A stretch of 64,000 bases of DNA from Mytilus californianus (lineage: Eukaryota), in the NCBI RefSeq assembly GCF_021869535.1, contig NW_026262582.1:18910001-18974000 (forward strand), in the 5' to 3' direction. Shown here one piece after another: positions 1 through 13,599 of the stretch. The translations under genes were made by a program, and so were the position numbers. Position 1 is the stretch's first letter; each line of letters begins with the position of its first letter. The notes beneath the pieces were generated by a model, which saw only the letters and a list, made by a program, of their open reading frames with translations, was not told where the DNA came from and ran no database searches.

Positions 1-1830
1 AAACTTAATAGTTTACCTACATGTATTTCTAATTAGATATAAGAAGATGTGGTATGATTGCCAATGAGACAACTCTCTTATTACATTTTTTAGATTTTCA
101 CTTCAATAAACTAACGAAGATTTTATAGGATCCTGTTTGCTTTTTTTTAAGTTCATCGGCTTGTTATTAATTCACTAACTATCTTCATAAAAGTTGGGAA
201 ACATAATTATCAACGGACGAAATAGTCAGCTGAAATGAAAAAAAGAAGACATGCTATCCTAAAATAGCATTTGATTACATCCGTTGATAATTTTAACATC
301 AGCCAGTTTTTATGACATATAAAGACTCTCTTTTTTCTGACACATTTCATTCTTCTTAAATTAGTTGGACATTGCATTATTTGTGTTTTACTGGTCCTGA
401 TTTTGAATATCATGGTTATTTTCAGTTTACGTGTATAACGATATATTTTTTATTAAACATGAATAAAAAACTTTATTTTAGTTTATTTATATGTTTCGAA
501 GTTAAGTGTGGCGTCCATTTTGCTAAAATAGTATACATTATTGTTTAGGGGATTTTCTAGCTGAGTTGAAGACACATTGGTGGCCTTGGGTTGTTTTTGT
601 TTTCCTCTTTGGTCGGGTTGTTGGCTCTTTTATACATTCCCCGATTCCATGTCTAATTTTATTGTACTGAGCACCATATACATGTATACAATGTGTTCTC
701 TTTTATTTTCTTGATCCAGTTAGTGGTCATAATAATTGGCCTGTTAAGGTTTTTTATTTTGTGTTTTACCTACTAAAAAAGCAAAACGGGGAACCAGTTT
801 AATTCCACCTTATTTGTGTCTGTAACAAATCAGGCTATGTTATTTTGTACTGTTAGTTCTAGTTCGCCTCCACTTGTAAGTCTTAATTGACGGAGTAAAA
901 AGTAAAATAACAAAAATACCGAACTCCGAGGAAAATTCAAAACGGAAAGTCCCTAATCAAAATGACAAAATCAAAAGTTCAAACACACCAATCGAATGGA
1001 TGACAACTGTCATATTCCTGTCTTGGTACAGGCATTTTAACAAGTAGAAAATGGTGGATTAAACTTGGTTTTATAGCTAGCTAAATCTCTCACTTGTATC
1101 TGATGTTGATGGTTGGTGTGGTCTGTTGTACTGTTCCATACATTTGTATTATTCCTGGACTTTATCTACTAATCATACTTTTACATGTCTTTTGTAGTAT
1201 TTCAATATTAGATTTCAATGTTTAAGGTTTTTATACGTTGATGTCATACATGAGAGATGAGTACAATGTAAGTAATTCTTTAAATGTGTATATCATATAA
1301 ATTAAGATCAAATATAGTGTGTATTCAAGGAACACATTTCAAATGATATCAAATTATCGTCAATATGTTGTAAATATAAAGGATTTTCTTTGATTTTAAG
1401 CGTTAGCACAAAATTGAGCTTCATTTAATTTAAGTCTGTAATAATAACATAATAATACACATATTCGACAGAAGAAGTTACAAAACAAATCTCTTTTAGT
1501 CATGCTTATTGTTCGAAATGTCAATATAGGGATATTTGTGATATATAAATTGTAAAATGGGTCCTCAAAGCTTTTCAACTTCATCCTTTATTTGGCCTTT
1601 GAAACGTTTTTAATTCGAGCGTCACTGTTGAGTCTTTTGACATTTATTACAGAAAATGAAATAAAAATACTCATTGTTGTGTTAGTACATAATTTTTCAA
1701 ATTTTATCACCATGGGGTGCAATTTTGCCAGGAACAGAGGTTTAAATCACCTAACGTTATCCATCAACATTTACCTACTATAATGTTTTCCAAATCTCCT
1801 TATCTTTATATCAATTTTTGACCTTATACA
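1..1830 (+). pseudogene. Type C LRR relic copy, running off the left edge
   Basis: Near-identical to 6185-7995. Confidence 0.4.
896..1100 (+). mobile_element. Interspersed repeat (aaaagtaaaataacaaaaataccgaactccgagg family)
   Basis: Second copy at 7079-7280, inverted remnant at ~15955-16100. Absent from the paralogous site near 29400. Confidence 0.7.
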
Positions 1831-1899
1831 GATTTAGTCAGTTTGTTTTCGATCTATGAGTTTGAATGTCCCTCTGGTATCTTTCGTCCCTCTTTCGTT

Positions 1900-3900
1900 C
1901 CTTATTATTAATTTTCAATTTTGAACGGTGGTATTCCCTTGGCGTCATCTGATCGTGCTTTGATAATTTTGACTCGTTTACTTTGCCTGTCTCTGTAGCA
2001 TATGAAATGGCGTTTAAGATTGCATTTAACTTAATAAAAGATACGATCGGTGTAAAGTTATCGATCCTTATTCTAAAAGGTAGTCATTTTAAAACGTCAA
2101 AAAATTAAAACTTCTCTTAATCATTTTGATATACAGCTTTGTTTTCTTTTTTGTTTGATAACTTCACGTTGAATTTATTTCATATGTTCGCATGGATAAC
2201 TGCATTTCGGTAACTTCATCTACCACAAGTATATGACGCAAGGTTTAAAACAACGTTTCTGAATGTAATGTCATCCCGCTAAATCATTTTAGGTTAAAGG
2301 AGTTTTTATATGTGTTGAAACAGTATAAACTTGTTTGTTCTGAATAGAAGGTTGCAGTGATTTAACGATATAGTATGAACACATTGGTCTTAACGAGGAC
2401 TTTCGAAATGTCAAAATCAGTGTCTGAATGTTTTAGAAACAGTTGGTATTAACTAATAGAATAACAGGGTCAACATCAAGATTATCGTATGATAACCAAA
2501 TTCACATTATATTTACTTAAATTTAACACCCCAGGAATAGATTACCTTAGCTGTATTTGACAAAACCTTTTGGAATTTTGAAAGCTCTTCAACTTCGTCA
2601 ACGATGAGTCTTTTGTAGAACAAACACGCGCGTCTTGCGAACAATTTAATTCGAGTATCTATGAAGTGTTTATTTATTATATTTTGACAAGACAGAACAT
2701 AGAGTACCATCAAACTTGTCATATATAATTGATAGACGTAAACAGGATGTGAGTGTTAAAGCCAATAAATACATGTTTTGACAGGAAGAGGGCGATGAAC
2801 TGTTTAATTTTGATTTTCATAAGTGATAGTTTGACCAAAGACCCAACAGGATTACTGGGATATTGGAATAAGGTCTCCTGGACTTCTATAATCCAACAGT
2901 AAAACAAATCCTAATGCGGCTAAAAATGAATTGCAGTCTTAAACGTTTATCACGGTCTTTACATCATCTGAAAACTTCAAACATTAAATGAAGTCTTGGT
3001 GAAATAAAAAGTTATTTTCAAATATTTTCTTGTAAATTCAGTATTTTGCTTGCAGGCAATTTAGCACTGTTCCGTAGCTTTACTGACAATTCGGTATGTT
3101 GTTGATTTATAAAGATAAATAAAAGCTACTGATCGATTACAAACGATAAACATAACAAAAACGATGAAAGAAAAACAACAGAACACAGAACACAACATGG
3201 AAGACTCAAGACTGAGCAACAAGAATCAAAACAAAAACCAGGGGAATATCATGGAGGTTAGCAGATCCTGCTCTACATATGGCACCCGTCCATTATTTGT
3301 AAACGATGAATCGTCGGTATCATATTTTTTTGGCTTGATGTTACGTTTTATTTATTTTGTTTGTTTGCTTATTCATTGTATGATATTGTTTTTAATATCT
3401 GCTATTTCTGATTTATTAATAGTAGGCTATAGCAATAGAAAGACATTTTAGGATAAGGTTTCAACAAATGACAAACACCCTGAAGCTCTATAAGGACCGT
3501 AAATTTGATGTGAAACACTACAATGGCATCAATCATCTCCGTTTTGATCGTTTGATACTGGAAGCAGTTTAAGGATTCACATTGTAAATCAAGTCAACAA
3601 CACAGCTTGTATTACCTAACGAAGTCACATAGATAACATCAATGCTAACTTAGAACACAAGGAAGCACAATAAATGTACTAGATAGATTATGACAAGAAA
3701 AAATGGAGAGATCAGACAGGTTAACATTATCCATATTATCCGATGAACATTAACAAAATGTGATAAATACTTGAAAAAAAACAGGACGTGAACGATATAC
3801 AATTTTTAGTCAGATAATAGCGGGTTTATATGATTATGCAAACTTAAGCCAGCTACAAAATATATGCTTATATTTATATGAGTTAGTCTTATATTTATTC
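1900..3900 (+). pseudogene. Decayed TLR, type A copy (interrupted by repeats)
   Basis: Paralogous to 23560-25330. LRR-like NVKKLKLL, LSYDNQIHII, SILLAGNL. TM plus GYSNRK at about 3300-3450 (ORF 3164..3451 tail). TIR-like DNINANLEH..DYDKKKW at 3630-3705. Confidence 0.55.
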
Positions 3901-4199
3901 TGTTATTGTTTTTTTTATGTTTGGTATTTTATTGTCCACAAATCTATGACTCAGTCTAAAATACAGCAGACGTGTCTATTTTTAAAAGCGCGTTCAAGGA
4001 TTTCCAGCCGCAATGATAAGTCAAGAAATTGTTTTGAAATAAAACATTGTAAAAGGGATTTAACATATACCGAAAATAAAAAAAAAAGATAGGCAATAAA
4101 TTGTCTCGGATTTTGTGGTGTCTATTCATTGTATTATTTATAAATCTATCTATGTATTTCTTTCATCAATTTAAGCACATATTGCCCATATGTTGAGTG

Positions 4200-5650
4200 T
4201 GAGCGATTGTCCTCACTCGGCTTGTTAAAAGAGAAAATATATCAATTCAGGCGCAATAAATTTTACAAAAAATATGCTTATCTGTAACAGCTTAGCTCAT
4301 TGAATTGGAATCAAACTTTTTCAAGAATCATCCCTAGAGGTATTATGTTGAAAAAAAGGTGTATTCGATAATACCAGTCCTGACCAACATGACAACCAAC
4401 GTTTAACAAATGAAAATAATGGAAAAATGCGAGTGATCGTAAAATATCTTTAGAATAATTTTTAGATAGAGAAATCTGGAGTAAAATGTTGAGAAGGTCA
4501 ATATCGACCCACGGTCCATTTAACTATATTGTCAGACGAATTATTTAGATGTTGCAATTGCATTATTTTTTTACCATTTTAAGGTTGGTGGCATATATCT
4601 TTTAAACTATATCATAGAAAACGAGAAATATTACTTATTAATCATGTTAATTAAATCCTTAAATTTGACAGCAATAAACCAAACTACCAAATAACCTTGT
4701 ATTTGGTAACATGTTTGGTAAGATCAATATATAATTGATATGGCTGTAGAATTTTATGAAAATACAAGTTGATTTTTTAAGATGACTATTTGAATTTTGA
4801 CTGACAAAAAGATAAAGCCTTTTTTATCGATAAATTAAATCCTTAAATTTAAAAGCAATAAACCAAACTACCAAATAACCTCGTATTTTTTAAGAGCAAT
4901 ATCAAATTGACAAGGATGGGTTGATTCAGACTGAATCAAGGCCTATCGAGATTAAATTTAAAGGTAAAGTCTGGTCGAGACTGGGTCGAGACTAGGTCGA
5001 GACTGGTCAAACCTTAGTCGAGACTGGTCAAGCATTTGTCGAGACCATATTCAGACTTTACTAAAATTAAAATGTACTCAATATGAATTATGAAATAAGT
5101 ACTGCCGAGATATTGTCGAGATTTGTACAGTAAAAATTGTGCTCGACCTTACTGGTTGAGCACAAACAATGGTATTTTTAGACTCTAGGCAGTTTGTATT
5201 GCAAGCTATCGAGTTTCAGTGAGGTAAACAACATACATGTGAAACAGCACAACATTTTAATCATTTGTTCAATTATATTGATATCAACAGATTCTTTGTT
5301 AGGTCAGCATAACAGTTGGTATCAACTGGTCAATTCTTAGCTGCACAATGACAATAACATTGACATTGACATTGACATTGTTAACTTTGAGAACTAATAA
5401 TCACAATTTATTATTCTTGAAAAATTATGACAAGACAAAATGGAAAGATCAGACATGTCATCAGTAGCCTTTTTATTTGTTGGACGTAAACAGAATTATA
5501 TTCTGAAGCTGAGAACAATTAATGGATTTTTTTTTAAAGAAATATGACAATGAACTGTGTGATCATTAATGTTTCGTTGTGTTAGCTCATAATTGACTTC
5601 AATATAAATGCACAAGAAGAACAAGGAAGATACGAAGACAAGAACTTGTT
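4200..5650 (+). pseudogene. Decayed type B receptor copy (internally deleted, with insertions)
   Basis: Shares the gaaatctggag module (4470) and TIR-like module LTLRTNNHNLLFLKNYDKTKWKDQTC (5380-5460); several differences from 19346-19430 in this frame are synonymous. Confidence 0.45.
4964..5050. repeat. Degenerate minisatellite of about 11-12 bp (ggtcgagact)
   Basis: gtcgagac recurs at least five times within 90 bp. Confidence 0.8.
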
Positions 5651-5669
5651 TGTAATAGTAATGTTAATC

Positions 5670-8450
5670 GTAAACAAATGATTTCAATTCGGAATACTTG
5701 ATGGCCATTGTATATTTTATGAGTCGTCTAAATAGTTATATTTTTTAAAGATAAACATAACAGTAATCATCGGTCAAAATTGCACTATTTTCTAAAGCCG
5801 CCATTAATAAAATACTTTAACCCATCAATCTTACCCTTAGTGGAAATCAAAGTCAATATAAATGCAAATCCTATTTTTTTAATCTTAACGATGTAATATA
5901 ATACAATGCCATTATATCATTCGAATTCAATTAAGTAACATTTATTATAAAACATGCAATAAAAAGACCCATTTTATTGTAATGGCTAACACACATAAAT
6001 TTTGAAAAATTACCACTAAGGGATACAACCAGTAGCATTTCTTAAGTCAACTACATGTTATCAGTCGACTTCTATCTATTTCATTTTAAACATCAGTAAA
6101 CTATTGTCACTTTAATTTTTGTTTAACAAAACACAAAAAAACAAACCGACGGAAAAGTGATACAATGCTTACCACATGTATGTTAAACTTAATAGTTTAC
6201 CTACATGTATTTCTAATTAGATATAAGAAGATGTGGTATGATTGCCAATGAGACAACTCTCTTATTACATTTTTTAGATTTTCACTTCAATAAACTAACG
6301 AAGATTTTATGGGATCCTGTTTGCATTTTTTTAAATTCATCGGCTTGTTATTAATTCACTAATTATCTTCATAAAAGTTGAGAAACATAATTATCAACGG
6401 ACGAAATAGTCAGCTGAAATGAAAAAAAAAAGACATGCTATCCTAAAATAGCATTTGATTACATCCGTTGATAATTTTACGTCAGCCAGTTTTTATGACA
6501 TATAAAGACTCTTTTTTTTCTGACACATTTCATTCTTCTATAATAAGTTGGACATTGCATTATTTGTGTTTTACTGGTCCTGATTTTGAATAGCTTGGTT
6601 ATTTTCAGTTTACGTGTATAACGATATATTTTTTATCAAACATGAATAAAAAACTTTATTTTGGTTTATTTATATGTTTCGAAGTTAAGTGTGGCGTCCA
6701 TTTTCCTAAAATAGTATACATTATTGTTTAGGGGATTTTCTAGCTGAGTTGAAGACATATTGGTGGCCTTGGGTTGTTTTTGTTTGCTGTTTGGTCGGGT
6801 TGTTGGCTCTTTTATACATTCCCTGATTCCATGTTCAATTCTATTGTACCGAGCACCATGTACATGTATACAATGTGTTTTCTTTTATTTTCTTGATCCA
6901 GTTAGTGGTCATTGTATTGGCCTGTTAAGGTTTTTTATTTTGTGTTTTACCTAGTAAAAAAGTAAAACAGGGAACCAGTCTAATTTCACCTTAGTTTTTG
7001 TCTCTAGCAAATCAGGCTATGTTATTTTGTACTGTTAGTTCTAGTTCGCCTCCACTTGTAAGTCTTAATTGACGAAGTAAAAAGTAAAATAACAAAAATA
7101 CCAAACTCCGAGTAAAATTCAAAACGGAAAGTCCCTTATCAAATGGCAAAATCAAAAGTTCAAACACACCAAACGAATGGATAACAACTGTCATATTCTT
7201 GACTTGGTACAGGCATTTTAACAAGTAGAACATGGGGGATTAAACCTGGTTTTATAGCTAGCTAAACATCTCACTTGTATCTGATATTGATGATTGGTGT
7301 GGTCTGTTGTACTGTTCCATACATTTGTATTATTCCTGGACTTTATCTACTAATCATACTTTAACATGTCTTTTGTAGTATTTCAATTTTAGATTTCAAT
7401 TTTTACGGTTTTTATACGTTGATGTCATACATGAGAGATGAGTACAATGTAAGTAATTCTTTAAATGTGTATATCATACAAATTAAGATCAAGTATAGTG
7501 TGTATTCAAGGAACACATTTCAAAATGATATCAAATTATCGTCAATATGTGGTAAATATAAAGGATTTTCTTTGATTTTAAGCGTTATCACAAAATTGAG
7601 CTTCGTTTAATTTAAGTCTGTAATAATAACATAATAATACACATATTCGACAGAAGAAGTTACAAAACAAATCTCTTTAGGTCATGCTTATTGTTCGAAA
7701 TGTCAATATAGGGATATTTGTGATATATAAATTGTAAAATGGGTGCTCAAAGCTTTTCAACTTCGTCCTTTATTTGGCCTTTGAAACGTTTGAATTCGAG
7801 CGTCACTGTTGAGTCTTTTGACATTTATTACAGAAAATGAAATAAAAATACTCATTTTTCAGATTTTATCACCATGGGGTGCAATTTTGCCAGGAACAGA
7901 GGTTTAAATCACCTAACGTTATCCATCAACATTTACCTACTATAATGCTTTCCAAATCTCCTTATCTTTATATCAATTTTTGACCTTATACAGATTGCAA
8001 TTTTTAATCCCAATGGTCTTCTTAAAATCACAAATCTGAAATTTCGATACAATACATTAGTTAAACGAGGCATTATGGGACTCTGTGTGCAAGTTGTTAA
8101 GTTTATCGGGTTGTTATTACATCATCTTCGATTGTTCTCATAAAAAGTTGAAAACATAGTTATCGACGATTGAGATAATAAGAGGAAATAATAAAAGATG
8201 TATGATCCTCAAATAGCCTTTGATATTATCCGTTGATAATTTTAACATCAGACACATTGTATTCTTCTTTTAGTAGTTTGACATTAATGTGTAATTCATT
8301 TTTTGATAACAATTTGAAATAGCTAGTTTATTTTCAGAAAACATCCATACATATTTTAATCTAAAACTGACAAAACTATATTTCGCTTTTTCCACAAAAC
8401 AGGTATAAATGCTTGCCACCGGCATTTAATATATTTTCCTAAATGATTTA
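5670..8450 (+). pseudogene. Type C/C' LRR relic copy
   Basis: Same module order as 28020-30790 (gaaatcaaag, acatttattacagaaaatg, aaaagttgggaaacataattatc, cagttagtggt). NLTLSGNQ at ~5826. Confidence 0.4.
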
Positions 8451-8599
8451 AATTCGAGCTAAAGTTAGTCTTTTAATATTTTTTTAAATTCGAGCGTCAC
8501 TGATGAGATTTTGGTAGACAAAACGCGCGTCTGGCGTACACAATTATAATCATGGTCTTTTCTCATCGTCTATTTTAAAGACATGGTCATCGAACTATT

Positions 8600-8795
8600 G
8601 CCTTTGTTGTATTTTGGAGTTGCTGTGCTCCCCCCAGTTTTTGGTTGGGTTCGTGTTGCTTAGTCTTTAGTTTTCTATGTTGTGTCATCTGTACTATTAT
8701 TTGTCTGTTTGTCTTTTTATTTTTGGCCATGGCGTTGTCAGTTTGTTTTCGATCTATGAGTTTGACTGTCCCTCTGGTATCTTTCGTCCCTCTTT
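8600..8795. mobile_element. SINE-like interspersed repeat (gtccctctggtatctttcgtccctc family)
   Basis: Related pieces at 1838-1895, 3150-3295, 10260-10415, 20750-20810, 41475-41575 and 51225-51418. Confidence 0.6.
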
Positions 8796-8799
8796 CGTT

Positions 8800-10600
8800 C
8801 CTTATTATTAATTTTCCATTTTGAACGGTGGTATTCCCTTGGCGCAATCTGATCGTGCTTTAACAATTTTGACTCGTTTACTTTGCCTGTCTCTGTAGCA
8901 TATGAAATGGCGTTTAAGATTGCATTTAACTTAATAAATGTATCGTTTCAATGGTGAATTATAAAGTCAGTAATTCCTGAAAACCTTCACTAATCTTTTG
9001 TATAGCTACAATGATTAAGTTTGAACGTTTGGCTGAACCTCTAAAATAATATTACAAACGGATAACCCTATGTGTTACAGTGATGTTGTTTATAGTGCGT
9101 TTTAATTTAGATACGATCGGTGTAAAGTTATCGATCCTTATTCTAAAAGGTAGTCATTTTAAAACGTCAAAACATTAAAACTTCTCTTAATCATTTTGAT
9201 ATACAGCTATGTTTTCTTTTTTGTTTGATAACTTAACGTTGAATTTATTTCATATGTTCGCATGGATTACTGCATTTCGGTAACTTCATCTACCACAAGT
9301 ATATGAAGCAAGGTTAAAAACAACGTTTCTGAATGTAATGTCATCCCGCTAAATCATTTTAGGTTAAAGACGTTTTTAAATGTGTTGAAACAGTTTAACC
9401 TTGTTTGTTCTGAATAGAAGGTTGCAGTGATTTAACGATATATTATGAAAAAATTGGTCTTAACGAGGACTTTCGAACTGTCAAAATCAGTGTCTGAATG
9501 TTTTAGAAACAGTTGGTTTAACTAATTGCATTACAGGGTCAACATCAGGGTTATCGTATGATAACTAAAATCACACTATATTTACTTAAATTTACTACCC
9601 CCAGGAATAGATTACCTTAGCTGTATTTGACAAAAACGTTTGGAATTTTGGGTTCTCAGTGCTCTCCAATTTTTGTTGTTGTACTTTTTGGCCTTTTAAA
9701 CTTTTTTGAGTCCAGCGTCTCTGATGAGTCTTTTGTAGAACAAAAACGCAAATCTGGCGTACAAAATTTAATAGTAGTATCTATGATGTTTTTATTTATC
9801 ATACTTTGACAAGACAGAACATAGAGTACTATCAGACTTGTCATATGTAACTGATAGACGTAAACAGGATGTGAGTGTTAAAGCCAATAAATATATGTTT
9901 TGACAGGAAGAGGGCGATGAACTGTTTAATTATTGATTTTTATAAGTGATAGATTGACCAAAGACCCCACAGATTGACTGGGATATTTATATAAGGCCTC
10001 CTAGACTTCTACAATCCAACAGTAAAACAAATCCTAATGCGGGTAAAAATGAATTGCAGTCTTTACATCATCTGAACACTCCAAACCTTAAAGGAAGTCT
10101 TGCTGAAATAAAAAGTTATTTTTTCAAATATTTTTTTGTAAATTCAGTGTTTTGCTTGCAGGCAATTTAGGACTGTTCCGTAGCTTTTTACTGACAATTC
10201 GGTATGTTGTTGGTTTATAAAGATAAATAAAAGCTACTGATCGATTACAAACGATAAACATAACAAAAACCGATGAAAGAAAAACAACAGAACACAGAAC
10301 ACAACATGGAAGACTAAAGACTGAGCAACAAGAATCAAACCAAAAACCAGGGGAATCTCAGGTGGTCTGGGAGGTTAGCAGATCCTGCTCTACATGTGGC
10401 GCCCGTCCATTATTTGTAAACGATGAATCGTCGGTATCCTAATTTTTTGGCTTGATGGTGCGTTTTATTTATTTTGGTTGTTTGCTTATTCATTGTATGA
10501 TATTGTTTTTAATATCCGCTATTTCTGATTTATTAATAGTAGGCTATAGCACTAGAAAGACATTTTGGGATAAGGTTTCAACAAATGACAAACACCCGAA
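8800..10600 (+). pseudogene. Decayed TLR, type A copy truncated after the TM segment
   Basis: Near-identical to 1900-3490. NVKTLKLL at ~9165; ORF 10452..10637 gives the TM and GYSTRKTFWDK. Similarity stops at ~10600. Confidence 0.5.
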
Positions 10601-11439
10601 GCTCTCGTTTAGGTCAAAGAATTTGTTCCCATCTTGATTCAAAAACCTTATTCATTTTTTAGAACAACCCAAAAACATTTTTTATTCAAATTTGAGTGTT
10701 GAATTTTATAATTTTTTATCAAAAATAAATATTTGTGATAACTCCTTCTTGAAAAGAAAAAAAATGTTTAGATCTATATTATGCATGTCTGTTTGAGAAC
10801 CATTTCATAAGACCGATGATTTCTATAGAAATCATTGATGGGACCCATTATAAATACATTTCTTTTATCATTCCTGGAGTAGATAATAATTTTCTTTTAA
10901 TCTTAGGGAATTATTCAATTTAATTTAGGTTAAAATAATTAACTTCATAATTTTGATGAAGAAAATCCATTTCAATTCAATTTTTTTTCATCAAAATGAT
11001 TATTTTCATTTTCATCTATCAACAAACTTTTTAAATTGTAGTGGCATGGTCGGTCAACTGATAAGTTGTATGGCTGATTACAGGTAAAGCAATAACTTCT
11101 ATTTGACAGTTGCGTGTACTCTGGGGTGTGGAATACCTTAATTTTATGGGGAACCTCCTGTCCATGTGTAATACTTAATATATTCCAACAGATGACATTA
11201 CACAAATTTTTCTTCTGTTAAATGAATGATTTGTATATCATCATAATTTGCTATTTATATAAACCACATTTTGGTATAAGAATTATTTACCATATCAACA
11301 TTGAATATTATGAATGTAGAATGAAATATGTCTACAGTATGATTGGTTTGAATCATTTAATTTATAAGATTTAGGAATCAAAATTTGTAATTATTTAAAA
11401 TTTACGTTTTAAGTTACATTTCATAAATCAGTCAACTCC

Positions 11440-13350
11440 TTATAGGAGGTCTAGCTGGTTAATAACGAGTTTTATCCATTTTTTACGTGTTTGATGGTAA
11501 CTATGGTATATAATGATAACCTGTTGTAGACCTATTAATATTACGTAATGACCATAATCAATAGACTCCTCATATCGGTCGTTGTCCTGTAGTGACGAAG
11601 TTTATCATTTTTTAAATTGTTTTGGCGGAAAATATAAGTTTAAAAAGAGAATTTGTACACAGAAAACATTCATTCCAACAACAAGTCGAATAATATGTAC
11701 AAATATAACAACAATACTGTCTACTGATTTTAGGATTTACTGCATGCTGTGTGTTTTGGTTGTACTATTAAAAACTTTAAAGATCTTTAATTTCTAATCA
11801 ACTTGACAAGATCTTCAATTAGGTCAACATGCATGACATGGGGGAAATATCAGGACGCTGTATGACATTTTAAGGTTGGTGGCATATTTCTTCAAACCTA
11901 TACTATAGATAGAGAGAAACTATAAACAGACAGAATGATCAACAAGACAAATAAGACCACATCAAAATCATCAGTCGACTGCTTACATAGTTTATGCCCA
12001 GTAATGATAACTTTTATCATTTGACTACGTGTGTTGTTGAAACCATAAATAAAGATGGAGAAAATTATGAAAAAAAACAGCAAGACAAGTTCTACAAATG
12101 AAATAACATTTCGTAAATCAGGAGGTGTTGCTTGTTAATAACGAGTTTTATCTATTTGCTACGTAGTTGATGTTAACTAGTAGATAAAGATAATCTGTTT
12201 ACAACAAAACTGGCCAATAAGATAAGATATATAGATACTACACAATGACAAAAATCATGCGACTCCTCGATTTCAGCCGTTGTCCTTTTATGAGGATGTT
12301 TATCTATTTTGGGTGTAATTTACACTGTAAGGAAAATTTGTTCACAGCAAACATTATCATCACAATAAGTTGAATGATATGTACAAATGTAACAAAAATA
12401 TTGTCGACTCATTTTAGGATTAACTGTATGCTATGTGTTATAAACTTTAAAAATCTTTTAAATTTGATCAACCTGACAAGATCTTCAAATAGGTCAACAT
12501 GACAGAAATCATCAGGACGCTGTATAAACGTTTTAGTCATTCAATGACGGTTGTACCAAAACTGAAGTAGATGAAGTGAAAATTGAAATAGCAAACATGA
12601 TTAAAAAGACAAGGTCTAAAAATAAGTCGAAACCATTTGTTGACTCGTTATATGAATCGTTTCCCTTAAAAGATTGTATTCCCAATTTAGTTGATTTACA
12701 TCGTGTATCTTGAAAATTTCAATAGACAGATTAAATTTTCAAACAGCAAAACACAATGTTGACTCACACATATTCTTGTTGCAATGCATATACAAATTTT
12801 GCACAAATACCAGGTGATCTATAGAGACTCAGTCAAGCTTCTAGAGTTATCTGGTTATCTAATACTAACAAGTTATCAGAATATACTAAAGTGAACATTT
12901 TCATGTCTTGATATGTTTTAACAATTACCCAAGCTATCAAATTTCAAAGAGGTCCGGTAAAGTGCATGTAAAACAACACCGTGGAATTACCATTTGTATA
13001 ATTATATTGATTTTGTAAGATTCTTTGTTAGGTCAATTTCACAGTTGGTATCAAATAATCGATTCTCAATTGCACAACGACACTAACATTGTTAACTTAG
13101 AGTACCAAAATAACAATTTGTTATTCTTGAAAGATTAAAAAAGACAAAATAGGAAGATCAGACATGTCAACAGTATCCTTTTTATCTGATGGACATAAAC
13201 AGAATTGTGTTATGAAGCTTAGAAACATTAAGGAAGTTTTCAAATAAACGGACGATACACAGTGTGATCATTAATGCTTTGCATTGTTTGCACACCATTA
13301 TTTACTTCAATATAAATGCATGACAAAAACAAAGAAGATACTTCTACAAT
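11440..13350 (+). pseudogene. Decayed LRR/TIR receptor, type B copy with internal duplicated segment
   Basis: NFKNLLNLINLTRSSNR at 12443 fits the LRR consensus. TIR-like NDTNIVNLEYQNNNLLFLKD at ~13075-13135. 11446-11870 is paralogous to 12120-12540. Confidence 0.5.
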
Positions 13351-13599
13351 ATTGACATGTAGTGTTTAAAATCGTTCTGTTTATGTTTTATTGTCGGGCT
13401 GTTATATCATTGACGTGTACACTATAATGTGCAATTTCAGAAAAACAAAGCTTAATTATCGAGGCATAGAAATATGACCACCAAGTTCTTCCCGTAACTT
13501 AGACCCATCCTGAATAGATGCGTCCGTTTAATTGAGCGGAATGTTATAAATGAAGCTACTTCTGGTCAGAATGGTTCCTAACATAATCCATGAGACTTC

